The translations under genes were made by a program, and so were the position numbers. A stretch of DNA of 64,000 bases from a virus. The stretch is taken from the IMG/VR virus record IMGVR_UViG_3300040801_006072, positions 180 to 64,179 of that record; one strand, 5' to 3'. Shown here piece by piece: positions 18,324-27,966 of this stretch. The first letter of the stretch is position 1. Each line of letters begins with the position of its first letter. The notes under the pieces are model-generated. The model did not search any database. It saw only the letters and a list, made by a program, of their open reading frames with translations, and was not told the origin of the DNA.

Positions 18324-19475
18324 CTAGCACCAGCAAACTTCCCATCTAATGGTAGATCCTGTTTCAGGATCAACTTGAGCTTCGATAACGTAGCCTAGGT
18401 CACGGAAGTATGCTAGGACTTGTTCGATTTGATCTTTAATACCACAGTCGTCTAGTTGCCCAATCAGTGAGAGATAATAATCTCTAGGATTTGTATTGAA
18501 AGGATTAAGATCAATTACAACTTCAACTTCGGCATCTGCACCGGATGATGTCGGTGCAGGAACTACCGTTCCTGTGGTATCAGATGAATAATTGGCTCCG
18601 CCTGCTGTAACAATTACGTCAACAAGTTCGCCCAGTGTCAAACCTACATCAGTCACAGTTTCGGCTCCTGCGCCGTTACCTGTGATGTCCTCAATAAGGA
18701 TTGTAGGAAGAAGATCGTTGTATAGTAGCCCACCGTCAATTACTGTGATGCCTACTACAGAACCTAATGCAACTTGAACTAGGCCTTCGAAGCCAAGCCC
18801 GGTAGGATGATTAACTGTTACTTCAGCAACAATTGTTTGATAATCCTGACCACCGTCTGTAATTGCAATAGTTTGTATTTCGCCCCCGCTACCAACAGAC
18901 TGAATTTCAAGGACCGCGCCTGTACCGGTCAAGTGACTAACTGGAATAACTTCGCCAACTAGATAGTTAACACCTGCGTTCACAATCACTGTATCTGTAA
19001 TTGCGCCTGTAGTCTCGTCGACAATAAGAGTAACTACTGCGCCAGATCCTGCAAGAGTAGTAAAGTCTGCTGTTGCAACAATTGGATCGTAATCGGTTCC
19101 GCCTGCTGTTACAGTGAATCCTGTAACAACACCACTGTCCGACACAGTGACATCTGCTGTTGCACCGGTTCCAATGGGGTGAGTGATTGTGGCTGTTGCA
19201 ACTACAGGAAAATAATCTTGTCCAGGAACAGTAACGTTAACATCGCTTACTGCGCTGCGATAAGACATAGGTGTTTGGCCGCCTACTATTACACAGAAGT
19301 CGCCGCCGTTGTTAAAACACTGCATAGCAGTTTCGTCGTATTCACATCCGCTAGTAGCGGTTAGGATAGCTTGCTGAATTGCACAGATTTCTGCCCAGAT
19401 AACAGAATTGTTTCTAGCCAGTTTCTTGGCATCACTTGCCGAAGGAAATCCGTTGTTGCCGTTACAAGATGCCAT
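18324..19475 (-). CDS. putative virion protein with repeated V/I-x-V-x-x-G-x-x-Y beta motifs
   Basis: Repeats VTVPGQDY, VTAGGTDY, IVNAGVNY, ITDGGQDY, VIDGGLLY and VTAGGANY. Confidence 0.75.
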   Translation of the reverse strand: MASCNGNNGFPSASDAKKLARNNSVIWAEICAIQQAILTATSGCEYDETAMQCFNNGGDFCVIVGGQTPMSYRSAVSDVNVTVPGQDYFPVVATATITHPIGTGATADVTVSDSGVVTGFTVTAGGTDYDPIVATADFTTLAGSGAVVTLIVDETTGAITDTVIVNAGVNYLVGEVIPVSHLTGTGAVLEIQSVGSGGEIQTIAITDGGQDYQTIVAEVTVNHPTGLGFEGLVQVALGSVVGITVIDGGLLYNDLLPTILIEDITGNGAGAETVTDVGLTLGELVDVIVTAGGANYSSDTTGTVVPAPTSSGADAEVEVVIDLNPFNTNPRDYYLSLIGQLDDCGIKDQIEQVLAYFRDLGYVIEAQVDPETGSTIRWEVCWC

Positions 19476-19798
19476 TAAATATCCACTGCCTGTTGTGCCA
19501 TTTGTGATACACGCATTTCGTTATCTTCACGTGAATCTTCGTCGCCGCTTACTCCGGCTTCATCGTCTCGTTTGAGCTGCACTTGATCGGGCGTAGCAGA
19601 CTGCACAAAGGAGTTACCCTTTAACACAGTCATGATAGAGTTTGAATTTACGTTGTGACCCATGCTCACAAGAGAGCTGACTAATTGGTCTGTAGAAACA
19701 AACTCTGCGTCGCGACCTTTGGCAGCAGCAAGAAGGTCGTTGAGATCAACTTCTAATTGCTCGCTGTAGCCTTCTACTAACAGCTCAACAATCTTCAT
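19475..19798 (-). CDS. hypothetical protein (MKIVELL N-terminus)
   Basis: 107-aa coupled ORF. Confidence 0.7.
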   Translation of the reverse strand: MKIVELLVEGYSEQLEVDLNDLLAAAKGRDAEFVSTDQLVSSLVSMGHNVNSNSIMTVLKGNSFVQSATPDQVQLKRDDEAGVSGDEDSREDNEMRVSQMAQQAVDI

Positions 19799-19799
19799 T

Positions 19800-21263
19800 T
19801 TACTTCTTAGCTTGCTTTGCTCTAGCCAGCATAACCTTCATTTCGTCGATTTTCTTTTTCATAGCTTCGACGGATTCTTTTTTGGTTCTTCCTAGTGGCT
19901 CGTCTTCTGGACCGCTAGCAGCATCGTCGCCGCCAAAATCGTCTAGGTCATCGCCTGCTGGTTCTAGGCTAATGTCTTTTTCAATATCCTTGCTGATATC
20001 AATTTCTGCACCGTCAAGGTCCATATCCATGTCTGTATCAGCTGCGATATCTGCAACATTGCTAGCCATCTTCATAACCATGTCGTCAATTTCGTCCTTG
20101 GCTGCATACAGTGAATCCATAACGCCTTGTAAGCTGTTTGAGCTAGCAGACTGGAAGTTGCTTGCAATGTTAGGGCCGTATGTTTCACGAACCTGATCGC
20201 TTAGTGGCGGAAGGTCTTCGTTCTGTAGACGACCAATTTTTTCGATCATCTCTTGCACAGTTTTACCAATGCCTTTAACAGCAATAATAATTTCTGCTTC
20301 GTCTACTTCAGACTCAAGAAGGGCGCGTAGCTGCTTTACAAAGTTTTCGCCAATGCCTTCTTTTGCTTTACGAGCTCGCATTCTTTTGCGAAGACTTGCT
20401 GCATGATCACTAGTTGTGTCTACGCCAGGCTCCTGATAGGTAAAATCAGCCTTTCCTCTGTACTTTGCCTGAGGAGTCGATTTTACGTCCTTGCCGCGGA
20501 ATGTTTCACGACCTTTGTCGTCTGTCTTGAACTTTGCTTTATCTTCGTCTAGATCTCTTGGAAAGTCACTCATAAGTCTCTCGTAATACCAGTCTGTTAA
20601 GTCGTTGTCTTTGCCAGGTGTGTGACCGCGGCCAACATAATAGTCGTGCAGCTTGCCTCTCACCTCAGGATTTAGTTTTGCACCAGGTACAATGATAAAT
20701 GCTTGCACATTTTCAATCTCTTCTGGAGACATAATATTTGCTAGACGATCGCCCATTCCGCATTCGTCAACATAGTCGCCTTCTTTAACGCTTAGTAGGT
20801 CTTTTGCTTTATTAGAAGCATCAAAGCGAACTGCATCATCGTGGAATCTCCACTTGCTAGAACGGTAAACCTTCATTGCTTGGTTCATTGCATCTTCGAA
20901 GTCGTCGCCAACTTCTACTGCATCTGCAACCTGAGTCGCAAGTGAGTTGATTACACGTAGGTAAGGTCCGGAAGTAGAAAAGTCACTTCTAAGCTCGTCT
21001 ATTCGAGCAGTTTCCATTAATGAATCAACTGCCTCAAGCACAAGTAGGGTTTTGGATAGCTCTGGGCAACTGTGAGATACTTTACCGTTTATTTTCATCT
21101 GTTCTACAGAGTCAGTTAATGACTCTCGAACAGCCTCAAGCTTATGATATGGTGTGTCCTTAGAAATAGACACACCATAGCTTTCTTTGAGGAACTTATT
21201 GGCTTTAGCAAATCTCTTAGAGCTATCTTTGTTGAAATCTTCTAAAAGCATAGCAAAACTCAT
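19800..21263 (-). CDS. putative prohead core/scaffold-like protein
   Basis: Acidic helical 487-aa protein with LLESEVDEAEIIIA and a low-complexity D-rich tail; function inferred. Confidence 0.55.
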   Translation of the reverse strand: MSFAMLLEDFNKDSSKRFAKANKFLKESYGVSISKDTPYHKLEAVRESLTDSVEQMKINGKVSHSCPELSKTLLVLEAVDSLMETARIDELRSDFSTSGPYLRVINSLATQVADAVEVGDDFEDAMNQAMKVYRSSKWRFHDDAVRFDASNKAKDLLSVKEGDYVDECGMGDRLANIMSPEEIENVQAFIIVPGAKLNPEVRGKLHDYYVGRGHTPGKDNDLTDWYYERLMSDFPRDLDEDKAKFKTDDKGRETFRGKDVKSTPQAKYRGKADFTYQEPGVDTTSDHAASLRKRMRARKAKEGIGENFVKQLRALLESEVDEAEIIIAVKGIGKTVQEMIEKIGRLQNEDLPPLSDQVRETYGPNIASNFQSASSNSLQGVMDSLYAAKDEIDDMVMKMASNVADIAADTDMDMDLDGAEIDISKDIEKDISLEPAGDDLDDFGGDDAASGPEDEPLGRTKKESVEAMKKKIDEMKVMLARAKQAKK

Positions 21264-21287
21264 CCTATTGTTTTGATTTTCTATTAT

Positions 21288-21749
21288 TTATCTTTTTGTA
21301 GTAAAAGTGCTACACATTTTTCGGATGGACTCTTTTGAGTCTCTTGCTAGCTGTTTAGACACTTGATATCGAGCCTGCATGATATCCATGAGGTCGTAAT
21401 TCCTTTCAGCTCTAGCATTTCGGTGGGTAACAGAAAAATATCTCATATCATGGTGATGCTTGACGTAGTCACACTCGAGTGCAAGAACCTTTTTGATCTT
21501 TTCTCTGTTATTCAGTTGAAAATATTTTGCTAATAAAAGGGCAGCTTCTAGCAAATAGATATCGGAATAAAGTTTACGACCGTCTGTTTTGCGAACGAGG
21601 TCGAAATAATTATCTGTTCTTCTGCGAACTGCGACATCGCCTATCACAAATTCTTTTTGATTTTTAGCCAGCATTCGTCGATTTTCATAAATTTCGGAAG
21701 CGACTCTATCGACTAATTCTGCAAAGCTTTCTTTAACTGAGGACACCAT
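21288..21749 (-). CDS. hypothetical protein
   Basis: 153-aa ORF. Confidence 0.65.
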   Translation of the reverse strand: MVSSVKESFAELVDRVASEIYENRRMLAKNQKEFVIGDVAVRRRTDNYFDLVRKTDGRKLYSDIYLLEAALLLAKYFQLNNREKIKKVLALECDYVKHHHDMRYFSVTHRNARAERNYDLMDIMQARYQVSKQLARDSKESIRKMCSTFTTKR

Positions 21750-21755
21750 AGCTGA

Positions 21756-22469
21756 TTACTTTTTCTTCTTTTCTCTTTTTCTACGATTTTTAGCACGAAG
21801 CCTATCTGTCGGCTTATGTGCTGTGTTGCCAATCACGGAAGGTGCTGCTGCTATTGCTCCAGCAGCAGTGGCTCCGCCACTAGCCATCTCTTCGATGTCG
21901 ATGCCAGCAAGCTCTTGTATTCTACGAATCTCTTCTTGCTCAGCTGAGTTATTTACCTGTACTTTTTGGCGGGCTGCGTAGCTTGTGCCTTTAGTTGCTC
22001 CGCGTTTCATTGCAGAGCCTAAGTCGCTAAGGAAACTTTTAGGTGCACCAAACATGTCTTGGTCCACTTTAAATGTTTGGCCGTCTTTGGTTTTGACTTC
22101 GTACTCCCTGCCCATTTTTCTAGTAATCTCGACGTCTAGGTCGTCGTCAGCTATTCCTGTTACTGTTCCGGAATTGCCCACTTTAGTTTGTGTGTGATCA
22201 ATTTTTCCGTCAGGCTTGACGTATGTGCTCTGTGCTGTTGCAGCAGCATTGTCGTCGGAGTCATCCATATCGGTATCACTACTGGTAGTAGTTGTTTGCT
22301 GATAGAACGCACTCTTGTCTGTATTAGCTTCTCTCAGTTTCAAATATTCAGAAAAGCTTGCATCTTTAATAGCTGCTCTGGCCTGGTCCTCAGTTATGTC
22401 AAGCTGTTCGGCTATTTGCTTTTCTGTTCTGTCTTGTAGATGAAAATTAATTTTATCTGAGAAGCTCAT
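21756..22469 (-). CDS. hypothetical protein, possibly head-associated
   Basis: 237 aa; EIRRIQELAGI motif and basic tail. Confidence 0.65.
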   Translation of the reverse strand: MSFSDKINFHLQDRTEKQIAEQLDITEDQARAAIKDASFSEYLKLREANTDKSAFYQQTTTTSSDTDMDDSDDNAAATAQSTYVKPDGKIDHTQTKVGNSGTVTGIADDDLDVEITRKMGREYEVKTKDGQTFKVDQDMFGAPKSFLSDLGSAMKRGATKGTSYAARQKVQVNNSAEQEEIRRIQELAGIDIEEMASGGATAAGAIAAAPSVIGNTAHKPTDRLRAKNRRKREKKKK

Positions 22470-22470
22470 A

Positions 22471-22755
22471 TTATGTCCTATTTAATCTACGTATTCTTTT
22501 GGAAGTAGGATTAATTCTTTTGGTTCGTCTTGCTTTTCTTGCCATCCTAAATCCTTTAGCAGCACGAGTCTTTTTCATTACTCTGCTTTTTTTGATATCC
22601 TTCGGAGCATTACACTGTGCAGGACTAGAAACAACACGACCCTTTCGTGGACCGCTAACACAGCGAGTCTTGCGTACGATCTTGCTTCCACTCTTTGCCC
22701 ACACTCTCTTTTCGAGTAGGTCTTCAAAGTCCTGTGTGATCTCTTCGATAATCAT
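22471..22755 (-). CDS. small basic hypothetical protein
   Basis: RCVSGPRKGRVVSSPAQC; K/R-rich. Confidence 0.7.
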   Translation of the reverse strand: MIIEEITQDFEDLLEKRVWAKSGSKIVRKTRCVSGPRKGRVVSSPAQCNAPKDIKKSRVMKKTRAAKGFRMARKARRTKRINPTSKRIRRLNRT

Positions 22756-23249
22756 TACAGTTTATCTACTCTAATAAATTCCATGTTCTTAGGGGTTCCG
22801 CTTAACGATCCATCTACTGTGGTGATTCGAACACCACTCTCAATGATAACTCCGTCTAGTTCTCTTACCAGCAAGCCAACTGGATCATCTGTCTTAAAGT
22901 CTTTCCATGCGTCGGCACGTTCTACGGCAAATCTCCAAACATATCCTTCGCCTGTTAACGAAGGTGCGCCTTCGGTTTCTAGATTAAGAACAGGCTCGGG
23001 GTTGTTCATAATGGTCGGAACAGCACGTAAGCCAATACTTTGAAAAAGTATTTCAAAGTTTTTCTGACTTTGATCTAAAATATCATCTGTTACTTGTATA
23101 TTAATCTGTCTGGCAGTTTCCTCAATCTCAGGAGGATTAGGAGAAGGGTCAGTAAAAGCACCAGGAGACAGAGAATACACAATATAGAATTGCAGATCCC
23201 CTGCTAAATTTTGCTGCATACTAGCAGCACCATGAATTCTCGTTGGCAT
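22755..23249 (-). CDS. virion structural protein, R-x-[HN]-G paralogue family
   Basis: N-terminus MPTRIHGAA resembles those at 31673, 32185 and 32760. Confidence 0.65.
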   Translation of the reverse strand: MPTRIHGAASMQQNLAGDLQFYIVYSLSPGAFTDPSPNPPEIEETARQINIQVTDDILDQSQKNFEILFQSIGLRAVPTIMNNPEPVLNLETEGAPSLTGEGYVWRFAVERADAWKDFKTDDPVGLLVRELDGVIIESGVRITTVDGSLSGTPKNMEFIRVDKL

Positions 23250-23309
23250 TTCGGCCTCCTTTATTTCTTACTATTTATCAGAAAAAAGGAGGCACACGCT
23301 ATTCTGTGA

Positions 23310-24281
23310 TTACCAAACAGTGCGCTGGCGGTAAATTTCCATAATTACAGAAGCTTGCCAGTTGGTGTTAGAAATATTCTTACAGTGAATACGCAAATAA
23401 TACCCTGGTCTAATCTCAGCAGTTTCGTCAGAGCTCATAGTAAAGTAGTTCGACGCAGAACCAAAACACGGAACCTTATTTACATATTTACTGCATCGCC
23501 AGTCTACATCTACCATGTTATAACGTCCGGTACCTGCAAAGTTGGGTGTAAGATTTCCATCTTCGAAGTCCCAGTCTCCATCCATATTAAATGTTCTAGG
23601 TATCAGTGTCGGGTTTCCTGCAAACCCATGTGTACCAGTGCCTGGGCCGCCAGGCGAATATTTAACATAATGGGCGCCAGGTACCTCAGGTATTGCTTCT
23701 AACACTAAATCCAAATTAGCTAGAGTTTGAAGAGGTGTAGGTTCAGACATAATGTATGCGCTGACATAATCTCCAATTCCACCGTCGTCGAATTTCAAGT
23801 ATGCTTCGTGAATCCACACACGCCCAAATTCAGCATGATTAAATTTAATATCTTTAATTACTTCTGGTGTCCCGATGGTCATCTGAAAGTTAAGGAGATC
23901 TCCTCCGCCCACTACGTTTGGATCTGTGCTGTCGCCAGCGCCTGTCCATACCACAAACGTTTCTGGTTCTCCCTGTAACTCTGGCTTAGCAGAACTGTGC
24001 ACTGCTACTTTGTTACCTAGGGCCACAGTTTTCTGACTGATTTCAACTTCAGTCAAAGTGTTTTGTAACCATTCCCAACCTTGCACTGCATCAGAAAACG
24101 TCTGTGCGCCGTCGCCTACCAGTACCAGGCCAGCGGTAACATCTACCATAAGACTTTGATCTTTTCTAAAAATTAGATATTCATCGGTATCTAGTGTATA
24201 TGTTTCTGTATCGTTGATTGTCTGTCCGGAATATGTTTTCGCAGAACCAGACACGTTAGTTAATGTGATTGTTCTTGACAT
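23310..24281 (-). CDS. putative virion structural protein
   Basis: 323-aa ORF in the structural block with GAGG RBS. Confidence 0.65.
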   Translation of the reverse strand: MSRTITLTNVSGSAKTYSGQTINDTETYTLDTDEYLIFRKDQSLMVDVTAGLVLVGDGAQTFSDAVQGWEWLQNTLTEVEISQKTVALGNKVAVHSSAKPELQGEPETFVVWTGAGDSTDPNVVGGGDLLNFQMTIGTPEVIKDIKFNHAEFGRVWIHEAYLKFDDGGIGDYVSAYIMSEPTPLQTLANLDLVLEAIPEVPGAHYVKYSPGGPGTGTHGFAGNPTLIPRTFNMDGDWDFEDGNLTPNFAGTGRYNMVDVDWRCSKYVNKVPCFGSASNYFTMSSDETAEIRPGYYLRIHCKNISNTNWQASVIMEIYRQRTVW

Positions 24282-24296
24282 GGTTCTTTATTCCTC

Positions 24297-25094
24297 TTAA
24301 TCGTCGTCGTCGTTCGACGAGAAATCGCTACTAAAATTATAGCCAGTGTTTGTTGTTGTGCTATCGGTAACAATAAATGTTAGTTGCACCACAGGATGGT
24401 CGCTGTTGGTTCCACGATCTAACATGTATACACCGATTTTATCTCCAATGACGAACTCAATCGGAGATGAAAAACTTGTCTCTATGTGTGCCCGTGCATT
24501 TCTTATTTCTATTTCGTGGACCATTGTTTTGTTACTTATGGGGTTTCCACCTACGGAAGATTTCCAAATTTGCAAATCAGTATCTACGCCAGTATCTGAA
24601 TTAGAAAATGTTATTGCAAGCAAACGACAATTAAACGGAACAATGTAAGGATTTCTATCTGAAGATGTGCCGCTGTCGTTCGTTTCTGTTCTTAACCAGC
24701 TGTTTCCGACACTAGATGAAGAATGCGAAAATCCTACAGAAACAGTTTTTCCAATTAGATTAGTAAGATCGCCTGCTGCTGCATTGGCAACTTCTTGTAA
24801 GACAAAGTCGTGTATTCTCTGTGAAGACCACAACTGATCTACTGCTGTGACTCCGTCGTCAATGATAACTTCGTCGACTTCGAGTTGATTGTCCGGACAT
24901 TCCCAATTTGCCAATATGAGATCTAGTTCTGCTTCCTCTTCGGCAGTCAGCGTGCCGTTAAAATCAAACATAACTGTGCCGTTGCCCAAATCAATCATCT
25001 GAGTAGCAGTATTAGTGATTGTAGGATTACTGTTAACGCTGTCTAACAGTGCACCTGGACACTCTGTTGTAAATGTTCTTGAATATTGCGCCAT
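24297..25094 (-). CDS. putative virion structural protein
   Basis: C-terminal YIVPFNCRLLAITFS resembles GYIVPLDATIVKVT of 27967-30627. Confidence 0.65.
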   Translation of the reverse strand: MAQYSRTFTTECPGALLDSVNSNPTITNTATQMIDLGNGTVMFDFNGTLTAEEEAELDLILANWECPDNQLEVDEVIIDDGVTAVDQLWSSQRIHDFVLQEVANAAAGDLTNLIGKTVSVGFSHSSSSVGNSWLRTETNDSGTSSDRNPYIVPFNCRLLAITFSNSDTGVDTDLQIWKSSVGGNPISNKTMVHEIEIRNARAHIETSFSSPIEFVIGDKIGVYMLDRGTNSDHPVVQLTFIVTDSTTTNTGYNFSSDFSSNDDDD

Positions 25095-27955
25095 TATGAT
25101 GGTCCGTCTATTTCTTCAATAAGCAAGCGACACGAATTAGGCTCTGTTGTACAACCACCTATGTATTCTCTAATTTGCACTCTCACGTTATCGCCACTGG
25201 TAATATTTACCAGCCATGTCACTGAATGTGTGTTAAGGCCGGTACTGGACTGTCTGTGATAACCATTAGCAAGTGTTCCTGTTATTGCTGTTCCGTTGAG
25301 TGCTAATCTTTGCTCTGTTCCTGATCTGCCGCCGGTGGAGTCGCCTGTAATCTCAGATGTAATTTTAAACCAGCCCGTTTTGTTAATTATGACAATGCCG
25401 CCACCATACACATAGATGCTGTCGTTTCGAATGTTAGTGTTAAACAACGCTGTTACAAATGTAGTAGTTAGCGTCTGAGACGTTCCTCCGTTGTGAGCCA
25501 AAAAGAACTGTTTCAGCTCTTGCCCAACAGTAATGTCTGCTACACCGCCTCCGGCATCTGTTGCTGTTACTCCGGTGCCAGTAAAGTTTAAGGTATCAAA
25601 GGTACCCAGTAATGCACCTTCGTCGTTAACGATAATCTCGGTGCCAGAGCCAGGTAATCCCTGTTCACCTTGAGCGCCTTCTAGTTTTTTAACTAGGAAT
25701 AGTGCATCTGTAAATAGGTTTTCAGCAGTGGTAGCTGCCTGTATCTGCACTGTTAGAAAATCATTTGCTGCCAGGGTTGCATACACTTTTACAGACAGTG
25801 GCGTAACGACGTTGTTTGAGTCACCGGGGTCACCACTTTGTTGTGTGGTTCCTGGAATAACAACACTGTCGTTGATCCGTACTCGTCCTTGCACTTCGTC
25901 GTCTGCAGACAAGAAGTAATAAATTTCATATGTACCGGCTTCTTTGACTTCAATTCGATCTGGTGTACCTGGTGCAAGGTGTTCTATTACTGTAGAATCA
26001 TTTTCAAAATCGGTCGTGTCAAAGTTAAGATCAGTCCACGTCAAAGGAATTCCGTTTAGAACAGTTGATCGTCTCGCTTGCACAGCAGACAAGTCGCCAA
26101 TTGTTCCTGTGTCGCCTTTGTCTCCTTTAAGACCTTGCAATCTCCATGCCGACAAATAAACACCGTTTGGATAACTTGGTGAGCCAGATGTTATCTGCGT
26201 CTGGAACGTAATAGTATCACCTGCTGTACAGTCACAGATAAACGGTGTTACCATCGGGTTCATATCCTGCCTGTTAGAAGCAGGAATGACTGTAGTTCCG
26301 TTCTGTAGTGCTCTAGTTTCCTGGTCACCGCCTGTTACTTCAGCAGTAAAGATAAAGTAATACAGTCCTGTTTCACCAATATTAATTTGCGTAGTATCTA
26401 CGCTGTCTCTTTCTAGTATAGCTGGTTCATTCTGTACAATTATGTTTGTAAACGATATGTCACCGAATGTTCCGGGGATCGCTACGCTACTTGGATTTTC
26501 TAATTGCAGCGACGGTATATTGGCTGCAACAAAATTTTCATTGACCCATTCGGTGCCGTTGTAACTTAGTACTTCGCCGTTAACTGGAGAAGTAATAGTT
26601 ACATCGCCTAATTGATCAATGTCGTAGTCGCCTTCTTCGGCCACAACCGCGCCAGTTCTGCCAAATACGCTATCGACCGGAACACTAGTAAGGTATCCTG
26701 CGTCGTTGACAAACACCGAGACATTGTCGCCTATGCTAGTATAGTCTGCATCGTTTACTAGTACACTGACATTATCGCCGGGTTGTACAGCCGAATTGGC
26801 CACGCCTTCTGTTGTATCTAGTCTGCCTGCAACTTCGTCTAGAGCTGCCTGTACATTAGTCGCTACTAGCGTGGAGGTAGCCGGATTATAATCAATTTGT
26901 ATCGCATCGTAATCGCCGGTCTCTGCGACAACAGCGCCGGTTCTTCCGAACACACTGGTAACAGAATCTGCAGGAAAGCTCACAAACTCAAGTGCATTGC
27001 CTGCACCATTCACCGCAACTGCTTGTCCTGCTGCTCCAGTATAGTTCGCTGGCGTATCTGTAAGGTCTAAGAAAGTCGATGGTGGTGTGGTTGCACTAAT
27101 TTCTAAGGTTTCGTTTGCACCGTCGTTTAGTTCAGTCAGTGTTATGTTAGACCCGGCTACTAATTTTTCAGATAAAAAGCCCGGTGTTGTGTCGTTGTTT
27201 GATACTTTTACTAATTCATCAGTAGGCGAGCTCTGTTGTCCACCACTAATGAGAAATGTGTATTTGTCCCCGTTCGACAGTGAACCGCCTAGCAATGCAA
27301 CATTGGTAATGTTATACGTAACAAAATTAGCACCCGGAGTATTTCCTGTAATTTCTGCGGTGAATCCCCGGGTCGAATCATCTTCTTCTTGTGCATAAAT
27401 TATGCCTTGTTCGAAGAAATTCAGAATGTTAGTGAGATCGGCACCCTGATCATTTTCATAATCAATACGAAGAGTTGTAGCCGATGTCGGAGTAGCGTTA
27501 AATTTAAACTCAGAAGTGTCCGGTGCTGATCCACCTGTGTTACTATCGTATGTCCATTCGCCTAGGCCAAGAATGCCGCCAGCAATTGTAGTAACCGGTG
27601 CAGCTTGCCATGTCTGAGTTCCTAAATCGTATCTCAGAACAAAATCTTCAGTGACTCCGGTTGTGTCCACATCATCTAGCTGGTTAAGAGTTGCACCAAA
27701 AATTCGATAGTTAGGACTGTTTGCATTTTCAATTACAACAAGGCCTTCTGCTATAGTAAGCGGAGTAGTATCGTCAAGTGGATCGAGAACAGCAACTTGA
27801 CTTGCCGACACTGCTGCCGGCAAGTCATCGCTAATTGCAATATTATGTGCTGCTTCCTGTCTTAGGTCTGCTTCGTCGTTTGGATTAGTTAGTTCGATGC
27901 CCAAATCATCTATCGAAACAGACCCTGCAGAAATATTGCGGATTCTAAAACCCAT
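25094..27955 (-). CDS. fibre-like virion protein with internal repeats and C1q/TNF-like domains
   Basis: SVFGRTGAVVAE twice, LNQLDDV / IDQLGDV spacer motifs, short GxY collagen triplets, three jelly-roll-like segments. Confidence 0.7.
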   Translation of the reverse strand: MGFRIRNISAGSVSIDDLGIELTNPNDEADLRQEAAHNIAISDDLPAAVSASQVAVLDPLDDTTPLTIAEGLVVIENANSPNYRIFGATLNQLDDVDTTGVTEDFVLRYDLGTQTWQAAPVTTIAGGILGLGEWTYDSNTGGSAPDTSEFKFNATPTSATTLRIDYENDQGADLTNILNFFEQGIIYAQEEDDSTRGFTAEITGNTPGANFVTYNITNVALLGGSLSNGDKYTFLISGGQQSSPTDELVKVSNNDTTPGFLSEKLVAGSNITLTELNDGANETLEISATTPPSTFLDLTDTPANYTGAAGQAVAVNGAGNALEFVSFPADSVTSVFGRTGAVVAETGDYDAIQIDYNPATSTLVATNVQAALDEVAGRLDTTEGVANSAVQPGDNVSVLVNDADYTSIGDNVSVFVNDAGYLTSVPVDSVFGRTGAVVAEEGDYDIDQLGDVTITSPVNGEVLSYNGTEWVNENFVAANIPSLQLENPSSVAIPGTFGDISFTNIIVQNEPAILERDSVDTTQINIGETGLYYFIFTAEVTGGDQETRALQNGTTVIPASNRQDMNPMVTPFICDCTAGDTITFQTQITSGSPSYPNGVYLSAWRLQGLKGDKGDTGTIGDLSAVQARRSTVLNGIPLTWTDLNFDTTDFENDSTVIEHLAPGTPDRIEVKEAGTYEIYYFLSADDEVQGRVRINDSVVIPGTTQQSGDPGDSNNVVTPLSVKVYATLAANDFLTVQIQAATTAENLFTDALFLVKKLEGAQGEQGLPGSGTEIIVNDEGALLGTFDTLNFTGTGVTATDAGGGVADITVGQELKQFFLAHNGGTSQTLTTTFVTALFNTNIRNDSIYVYGGGIVIINKTGWFKITSEITGDSTGGRSGTEQRLALNGTAITGTLANGYHRQSSTGLNTHSVTWLVNITSGDNVRVQIREYIGGCTTEPNSCRLLIEEIDGPS

Positions 27956-27966
27956 TAGATATTACC